From NCBI GenBank assembly GCA_964529955.1, contig CAZGZM010000001.1, positions 6,510-38,334 on the forward strand: DNA of 31,825 nt. The letters are read 5' to 3'. Under the pieces are notes generated by a model. It ran no database searches, had not been told where the DNA came from, and saw nothing but the letters and a program-made list of their open reading frames with translations. The stretch is from an uncultured Thermotogaceae bacterium. GTDB taxonomy: Bacteria; Thermotogota; Thermotogae; Petrotogales; Kosmotogaceae. Both the position numbers and the translations under genes were made by a program. Of the stretch, positions 26,173 through 31,825 are shown one piece after another (position 1 is the stretch's first letter; every line of letters starts with the position of its first letter).

Positions 26173-28125
26173 TTAATGCAGATAATTATAATTTTTATTT
26201 CCAGGCAAATCTAAATACCAATCCTGCTTACGCTGTCCTTTAGAATTTACCCATTCATTATAATTATTATAAGCTTTACTTATTTCAACATCATCCGCAG
26301 GGTAATCAAATGTCTCTGGAAGATTCAAACCCCATGGAAATTCATCTGTAGTCTTATACATATGATTTGTTCCTAAAATCGACCCATCGTCCTCTGAACC
26401 AAAATAAGGTGTCCAGATTAGATCTGTCGGTTGATAACCAGGAAGATGAATTTCTCTTCCCCTTTCTCCGTTAGCAATAATGAAAGGATTATATGGAGCA
26501 TAACCTATTTCATTTCTTGTTACAGCTCTACTGAAATTAATTGTGACGAATACTTCGATTTCTCCATCGGGATCATAATGATTATTTGCAATATCAAAAA
26601 CGATAATTACAGCCTTTGTCTGCCTTGATTCAACTCCATTTTCTTCCATATAAATTTTATCATCCCCTGTTGCCTGATATCTGTTTTCACTGCCTATAAC
26701 CGATTCAACAGAGTCTGGAGATATATTATTAAATTGAAATCCAAAACCGTTTTTCATACTTGCAACTATGGCCTTCACTTTAAATGTTCCTGTTACTTTC
26801 ACTATATCGTTATCCTTATTTAAAAACTCTTCGAAATTGTAATCGATAATAAGATCATTAAAATCATAATCTCCTCTATAAGGCCAGAGATCTTCAAAAG
26901 CTAAACTTGCAAACTGTCCTTTTCCTGGTGTACTTATGGAAGAAACTATATTATTATCGTAGGGTTCAGCATCAATAATATCTGGTATTCCATCATCGTC
27001 AGAATCTAAAGGTGGTTCATCTGTAGTCTTTACTACTTCTGTTTTTGCTATGGCGGTTATAGGATTAGATGTTACATAAAAGACAGCATCATTGAAATCA
27101 TTATCTCCTGCCGGTCTTAATAAATCTTCAAAGGAAAGAATAAGTTTATCTTCTTCTTCATAATTCAATAAAACTGTGTGATGTTTATCATTAGTATTGG
27201 ATTCTGGATTAAGCTTACTATCAGAAAAGAATTTATTGAAGCCTCCTCCTACCACATCCTGTTTAGTATTATATCCATTTGTGATTATTACCCATCCTAT
27301 AGAAGTTCCGGGATCGAATTCTCCGATATTTACCTTATCACCAGATGTCAGACCTCCACCACTCCCTTTATAAGAAACATTTGGAAATATTAAAGTTATA
27401 TCTTCATCATTGACAACATCCGGTGCACCATCAGCAGTATTATAAGTATAGAAACCTAATGAATTTTTATATCCCGCTCCTTCATGTATGAAAGTTACAA
27501 ATACATTTGCATGTTCAATAATATCAAGATTAGTTTTTGCAGAATCTGCAATATAATGAGGATTATAATCAGGAACAGGTTCTTTTTCAGGCAGAGAATT
27601 GTTAATCGTAGTTAATAAATCGGAGCTGATTAAATCTCTCTCCATTAGATAATCAGGAACACCATTTGTATCCCAGTTTCCAATTTTTTTATAGCTCATT
27701 GTATAACTTGAATCCATAAATATAATCTCGTCATCTTCTTCAACTACAACTGGATCTGAATAATCTAGAAAAAGTATGCTATCCTCTATAGCTACTAATA
27801 CTTCACTCAATCCTCCGATAAATCCTCTTTTTACGTACAACTGGTCAACATAAGTTGGAAGTGTTAGATAAGTAACTAAATTTCCATCTTCATTGGTTAC
27901 ACCAGAAAAATTTATTTTTGCATACTTCTCGCCTGTTTCAGGATGATTTTCTATTTGGTATATTTCAATTAAAACATTTGGTATTTGGGCTTTTATATCC
28001 ACCTTTACTTTTTTGGTAGTTTCATAATTAAAATCATTTAAATCATTCTCATTGTTTGGTGTCACACATCCAGTTATCACCATAGCTAAAATAACAATTG
28101 ATATTAAATATAAAAATTTTTTCAT
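26173..28125 (-). CDS. LruC domain-containing lipoprotein (DUF4114 + DUF4842/LruC C-terminal domain)
   Basis: Lipobox ITG|C; LSFEDLLRPAGDNDFNDAVF and LAFEDLWPYRGDYDFNDLIIDY repeats; YNPFII...RGREIHLPGYQPT; PWGLNLP; Ca-binding-like DSDDDGIPDIID. Confidence 0.85.
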   Translation of the reverse strand: MKKFLYLISIVILAMVITGCVTPNNENDLNDFNYETTKKVKVDIKAQIPNVLIEIYQIENHPETGEKYAKINFSGVTNEDGNLVTYLTLPTYVDQLYVKRGFIGGLSEVLVAIEDSILFLDYSDPVVVEEDDEIIFMDSSYTMSYKKIGNWDTNGVPDYLMERDLISSDLLTTINNSLPEKEPVPDYNPHYIADSAKTNLDIIEHANVFVTFIHEGAGYKNSLGFYTYNTADGAPDVVNDEDITLIFPNVSYKGSGGGLTSGDKVNIGEFDPGTSIGWVIITNGYNTKQDVVGGGFNKFFSDSKLNPESNTNDKHHTVLLNYEEEDKLILSFEDLLRPAGDNDFNDAVFYVTSNPITAIAKTEVVKTTDEPPLDSDDDGIPDIIDAEPYDNNIVSSISTPGKGQFASLAFEDLWPYRGDYDFNDLIIDYNFEEFLNKDNDIVKVTGTFKVKAIVASMKNGFGFQFNNISPDSVESVIGSENRYQATGDDKIYMEENGVESRQTKAVIIVFDIANNHYDPDGEIEVFVTINFSRAVTRNEIGYAPYNPFIIANGERGREIHLPGYQPTDLIWTPYFGSEDDGSILGTNHMYKTTDEFPWGLNLPETFDYPADDVEISKAYNNYNEWVNSKGQRKQDWYLDLPGNKNYNYLH

Positions 28126-28162
28126 TCAATCACTCTCCTTTTGTTCATTCTTAAAGAACTAT

Positions 28163-28178
28163 AGCAATATTATGCCAA
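28163..28178 (-). promoter_or_regulatory. Sigma-54-like motif copy 1 (probable LruC gene promoter)
   Basis: Minus strand TTGGCATA-ATA-TTGCT; GG-N9-GC instead of canonical GG-N10-GC. Predicted start near 28152, 27 nt above the ATG. Confidence 0.55.
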
Positions 28179-28190
28179 AAAAAATGAGGA

Positions 28191-28214
28191 AACCCCTCTA
28201 GGGCAAGAGGGGTT
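28191..28214 (-). terminator. Strong hairpin between motif copies 2 and 1
   Basis: AACCCCTCT / AGAGGGGTT 9-bp stem. The T8 run follows 6 nt later on the minus strand, so this is not a textbook terminator. Confidence 0.55.
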
Positions 28215-28306
28215 AGGGGTAAATCAGTAGCAAAAAAATGAGGTTACTTTCTGTAGTATCTCTAGTCTTGAAAGATTTTTAGACTAAAGGTCGATTAATT
28301 AGTAGA

Positions 28307-28322
28307 TGCAACTTCGTGCCAA
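28307..28322 (-). promoter_or_regulatory. Sigma-54-like motif copy 2
   Basis: Minus strand TTGGCACG-AAG-TTGCA; same N9 spacing. Confidence 0.55.
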
Positions 28323-28335
28323 TATTAAAATCTAT

Positions 28336-28370
28336 AAAAAAAATCCTCTTCCCGGGGTGTGGAAGAGGAT
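28336..28370 (-). terminator. Intrinsic terminator between motif copies 3 and 2
   Basis: ATCCTCTTCC (28343-28352) / GGAAGAGGAT (28361-28370) perfect 10-bp stem, directly followed by a T run on the minus strand. Confidence 0.8.
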
Positions 28371-28432
28371 AAGTTTATAAAGGGGGGTATCTTATAAAAA
28401 AGTTTCTGTTAGTTCGTTCTCAGTTATTTATA

Positions 28433-28448
28433 TGCAATGGTATGCCAA
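28433..28448 (-). promoter_or_regulatory. Sigma-54-like motif copy 3
   Basis: Minus strand TTGGCATA-CCA-TTGCA; same N9 spacing. Confidence 0.55.
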
Positions 28449-28523
28449 CTTTATTATTTTTTCTTTTTCTATTTTATGTAAAATGATATAATATGCATAT
28501 TTAAACAATTATGGAGGAACACT

Positions 28524-29192
28524 ATGAATATAATTGAATCAATTAAAACAAGACATTCTACAAGATCATTTATTGAAGAAAGAATATCGAGCAGCAAATT
28601 ACGTGAAATCAATTCCATATTAAGTGATGTACAACCAATACAAAAAGAGAATATTGTTTGGACTATAGAAAAGGATGATAAAAGAACAGGAAGATTTTAT
28701 GCTCAGGTTGACAATGATTGGGAATCATATTGTTCTTATGGTTTTCAGGGGGAACAAATAATTTTAAAACTCACTCAGTTAGAATTTGATACTCTTTGGA
28801 AAGCTCTTGGAGGTCATAAACCTGCTGAAATACTTTTTGGCCACGGAAAGAAAAGAAGCTTGAAGGCTTCTTTTTCTGGTATATTTACAGGAAATGGAAG
28901 AAGAAAATCTCTTGAATCATTTTTGATGAAAGATGTTTCAAACATTTCCCCCCTTGCAGTTGAATGCTTTGAACTTTGTAGATTGTCTCCCTCAGGTATG
29001 AATAAGCAACCATGGAAATTTGATGAAGTGGAAGGAAACATTGTTATTGAAGTAACAGGAAGATCCTTGCTCAACGCTGTTGACTTTGGAATAGTGATTT
29101 CACACGCATACTTATATCTAAAGGAAGCGGGGAAAGAGATTTCACTTTTTTTTGAAAACGATTACAAATGCATAATAAAACTGGAGGATTAA
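28524..29192 (+). CDS. Nitroreductase-family protein (TM1586-like)
   Basis: IKTRHSTRSF, YGFQGEQIILKLTQLEFDTLW, RLSPSGMNKQPWKF, VDFGIVISH; RBS GGAGG. Confidence 0.85.
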   Translation: MNIIESIKTRHSTRSFIEERISSSKLREINSILSDVQPIQKENIVWTIEKDDKRTGRFYAQVDNDWESYCSYGFQGEQIILKLTQLEFDTLWKALGGHKPAEILFGHGKKRSLKASFSGIFTGNGRRKSLESFLMKDVSNISPLAVECFELCRLSPSGMNKQPWKFDEVEGNIVIEVTGRSLLNAVDFGIVISHAYLYLKEAGKEISLFFENDYKCIIKLED

Positions 29193-29193
29193 C

Positions 29194-30111
29194 ATGAAAA
29201 AAAAGAAAAAAGTTTTTGTCGTTATTATAATAGTTTTAATAGTTATTATAGCTAATATGGTTGGTTTTTCAATTTTCTTAATTGGGAAAAAAGCTTCCAA
29301 CAGAGTTGAAGTATTTGAATATAAACCAGAAGATTATGGATTAATTTCTTCAGATGCGCTTTTTAAAAGTGATGATGGAATAGATTTAATGGCCTATTTT
29401 ATCCAGAACCCCAATCCCAAGGGAACTGTGATAGTTCTACATGGGATGAATAATATGGATGCTTCTTCTTTCATGGGACATGCAAAATATTTAAATGATT
29501 CAGGATACAACACTTTACTTTTAGATATGCGGGCTCATGGAAGAAGTGGTGGTAATGAAATTACTTTTTCTTACAGAGAACCTTTAGATGTTAAAGCTGC
29601 AATCAATTGGCTAAAAAGCAAAGAGGCAATTTCAGAGAACCCAATTTTTTTACTTGGATTTTCCATGGGAGGTTCTACTGCTATTAGAACAGGTGCAATA
29701 GATGAATCTCTGTCTGGAATAGTTACAGTTGGGGCTTATTCAGCTGTTCAAGATGTATTGGAAGCTGGCATGGCTTCCTTTAAAATGCCTGAATTGCTAC
29801 AAACTGTTTTATCTCCATTTTTAAAAATTGCTTTAGCAATTAAATTCAGATTAAATCCATGGAAAGAATCTCCTGAAGTAGATATCAGAAAAATAGAAAG
29901 CACCCCTCTTCTTCTAATTCATGGAGAAAATGATGAACAAATACCTGTTGAGAATGCTAAAATTCTTCAACAAAACGGTAATGAAAATGTTTCGATTGAA
30001 ATTATTGAAGGTGGTGGTCATTTAGTGTTTAGAAGAGACGGTACAACGGAAATTGACAAAGAATATAGAGAAATGATCATAGATTTTTTTGATAGTTGTT
30101 TGGAAAAATGA
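29194..30111 (+). CDS. Membrane-anchored alpha/beta hydrolase
   Basis: N-terminal TM helix; VLHG, LDMRAHGRSGG, nucleophile GFSMG, LLLIHGENDEQIP (Asp), GGGH (His). Confidence 0.9.
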   Translation: MKKKKKVFVVIIIVLIVIIANMVGFSIFLIGKKASNRVEVFEYKPEDYGLISSDALFKSDDGIDLMAYFIQNPNPKGTVIVLHGMNNMDASSFMGHAKYLNDSGYNTLLLDMRAHGRSGGNEITFSYREPLDVKAAINWLKSKEAISENPIFLLGFSMGGSTAIRTGAIDESLSGIVTVGAYSAVQDVLEAGMASFKMPELLQTVLSPFLKIALAIKFRLNPWKESPEVDIRKIESTPLLLIHGENDEQIPVENAKILQQNGNENVSIEIIEGGGHLVFRRDGTTEIDKEYREMIIDFFDSCLEK

Positions 30112-31070
30112 AAATAATTGATTTCGATAAAAGATACTCTGATCAAGTCATTGATTTATTTCTTGATAATTATCTGAAATTGAATAAAAAATTCAATAAT
30201 ATTTTTCCATCCTCGATAAACATGAAGGAACAAATATCTAATAAATTATTTTCACTTTCAGAAGAAAATCCCCTTCTTTTATGCTTAGAAAAGGATGAAA
30301 TAATCGGTTATATGGGAGGGTATGTATTTTCAAATGAAAGGCACGGGAAAGCAGTCTATATACCTGAGTGGGCAAATTGTTCTGTATCAAAGAATTCAAA
30401 TCACATATATGAAATTCTTTTTTCAAGGTTATCCTCAATACTGAATAAAAGAGAAATTGAAAAATACATAATCTCAGTTCTAATAACAAAAAATTCTGTT
30501 TATTCAACTCTAAATTTATTAGGTTTTGGATGTTTCGTTATAGATGTAATAAAAGATCTAAGAAATTTAATCGTTACCGGAAATGATTCCTACAATATAA
30601 GAAAAGCAACTATCGATGATGTTGATGTTCTATATAATTTTAAACTTAAACTTTCAAAATACCTTTCAAAAGCACCAATTTTCCTACCTTTTCTTGAAAT
30701 CCCTTTAAAAAAAGAAATAAGAGATCAAATTGAAAAAGATGAATTTCCTTTTTTTATTTATTCATATAAAAATCAAGATGTTGGATTCATTAAGACCTCC
30801 AAAGAAAACAATGGAGCATCATATATTGCAAGAGATCCTAAAACATTCAGCATAACAGGAGCTTTTTTAGATAAAGAATTCAGACATCATGGATTTGGAA
30901 AAGAACTCCTTGATAGGGTTTTTCTTTGGGGACTGGAAAATAATTACATAGGGTGTGAAACTGATTTCGAATCTTCAAATATCCCTGGAAGGATTTTCTG
31001 GACAAGAAATTTTGAACCTTTCAGTTATTCATTTAGCAAAATACTTGATAAAGGAGTATTCAAAAAATAA
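30108..31070 (+). CDS. GNAT-family acetyltransferase (tandem fold)
   Basis: C-terminal GAFLDKEFRHHGFG and ESSNIPGRIFW; ATG 30108 overlaps the upstream stop (ATGA). Confidence 0.8.
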   Translation: MKIIDFDKRYSDQVIDLFLDNYLKLNKKFNNIFPSSINMKEQISNKLFSLSEENPLLLCLEKDEIIGYMGGYVFSNERHGKAVYIPEWANCSVSKNSNHIYEILFSRLSSILNKREIEKYIISVLITKNSVYSTLNLLGFGCFVIDVIKDLRNLIVTGNDSYNIRKATIDDVDVLYNFKLKLSKYLSKAPIFLPFLEIPLKKEIRDQIEKDEFPFFIYSYKNQDVGFIKTSKENNGASYIARDPKTFSITGAFLDKEFRHHGFGKELLDRVFLWGLENNYIGCETDFESSNIPGRIFWTRNFEPFSYSFSKILDKGVFKK

Positions 31071-31090
31071 ACCCCTCCTGAGAGGGGTTT
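31069..31090. terminator. Bidirectional terminator between convergent genes
   Basis: AAACCCCTC-CTGA-GAGGGGTTT 9-bp stem. Confidence 0.7.
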
Positions 31091-31106
31091 AGATAATTTA
31101 TTTATA

Positions 31107-31544
31107 TTAACCAGGATATTTGTCGGATAAATAATCCTTCAACATTCTGTTTTCAAATTCCAGTTCTCTATATTGAAGCTTAACAATATCCCCGATAGAA
31201 ATAATTCCAATTAAACCTGTCTCATCACATATAGGTAGATGCCTTATCCTTAATTCTGTCATAGTATTGATAGCATATTGAACATCATCATCAGCTCTTC
31301 CACAAACTACATCCTTAGTCATTATGGATTCAACAATTCCTTTTGAAGTGTCTAAACCTCTCTGACATACTGTTTTTAATAAATCTCTTTCGGTAAAAAT
31401 TCCCATTGGGCATTTTCCTTCTGTTATTATTACTGATCCTACACCTTTGTCCACCATCATTTTTACTGCGTCAGCAATCGAAGTATCTTTACTTACTGAA
31501 TAGATTTCACTTCCCTTATCCTTTAAAATATCTCTGAGTTTCAT
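31107..31544 (-). CDS. Tandem CBS-domain protein
   Basis: MVDKGVGSVII, GIFTERD, MTELRIRHLPI, GIISIGDIVK. ATG 31544 follows RBS AGGAGGTGG, so the ORF-track start at 31592 is too far upstream. Confidence 0.92.
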   Translation of the reverse strand: MKLRDILKDKGSEIYSVSKDTSIADAVKMMVDKGVGSVIITEGKCPMGIFTERDLLKTVCQRGLDTSKGIVESIMTKDVVCGRADDDVQYAINTMTELRIRHLPICDETGLIGIISIGDIVKLQYRELEFENRMLKDYLSDKYPG

Positions 31545-31723
31545 AATTCCACCTCCTATTATTATATCTAATTTGTATAAAAATTGTATCAAAAAGAATT
31601 AAATAGACAAACAAAAATCAAACCTCATTCCTTATAAAATACTTATCAGTATAATAGTTTTCCTTCGGTAAATTAAATATTAAAATGTATAATTCAATAA
31701 ACAATCAAAAAGGGGTGTAAATA

Positions 31724-31825
31724 ATGAATAAAAGAATTTTTCTATTTACAATGCTAGTTATTATTATAATTTTTATTTTTTCAGGTTGTTTTATATTCAG
31801 AGAAAACAATAACTATGTTGCCTGG
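31724..31825 (+). CDS. Putative lipoprotein, N-terminus only (3'-truncated by the window)
   Basis: MNKRIFLFTMLVIIIIFIFSGCFIFRENNNYVAW; lipobox FSG|C; RBS AGGGGTG. Confidence 0.65.
   Translation, partial: MNKRIFLFTMLVIIIIFIFSGCFIFRENNNYVAW

Noticed and set aside
28191-28370. The 28.2-28.4 kb repeats and hairpins as a CRISPR array, REP/MITE or tRNA
   Set aside because: Repeat units are only 16 nt with 126-144 bp spacing, there are no terminal inverted repeats with target duplication, and no cloverleaf or TPsiC motif. The shared AACCCCTC stem with the 31069 hairpin is explained by terminator sequence bias.
471-30507. The many short (60-180 aa) ORF-track entries overlapping longer genes, mostly antisense (e.g. 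471-716, 4099-4356, 24188-24532, 25148-25690) and a few same-strand in another frame (e.g. 10999-11235, 14722-14949, 30238-30507)
   Set aside because: They overlap well-supported genes, have no recognisable motifs or RBS, and show the composition expected of shadow frames.

Overview
AT-rich (roughly 30% GC by eye) bacterial chromosomal segment with about 34 protein-coding genes. I saw no rRNA, tRNA, CRISPR array, transposase or integrase. Signal-peptide style, a BMP-family binding protein without a lipobox, a DUF5320 peptide and the anaerobic gene content suggest a Thermotogota-like anaerobe (inference only). Left to right the window holds: (1) the end of a probable nucleobase/purine catabolic operon (hydantoinase-like enzyme, SsnA, and a PreA/YgfK-like flavo-Fe-S protein whose catalytic loop is replaced); (2) a membrane diguanylate cyclase and a run of stand-alone genes (Ceo-like reductase, LTxxQ protein, SagB-type nitroreductase, CobO, lone Cache protein, Cof hydrolase, methyltransferase, M1-like peptidase, GNATs, Fe-S aldo/keto reductase); (3) a MarR-MATE module with a shared palindromic operator and an apparently leaderless marR; (4) an 8-gene catabolic operon for an unknown sugar or polyol (Zn-dehydrogenase, DhnA-type aldolase, BMP-type ABC transporter, RpiR, FGGY kinase); (5) an LruC-domain lipoprotein; (6) nitroreductase, hydrolase, GNAT and CBS genes. 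The most striking unexplained signal is the 400-bp region upstream of the LruC gene. It has three co-oriented copies of a sigma-54-like motif, TTGGCAYR-N3-TTGCW, each one base shorter than canonical -24/-12 spacing, separated by strong hairpins. This suggests two tandem small RNAs with C-rich loops followed by the lipoprotein promoter.
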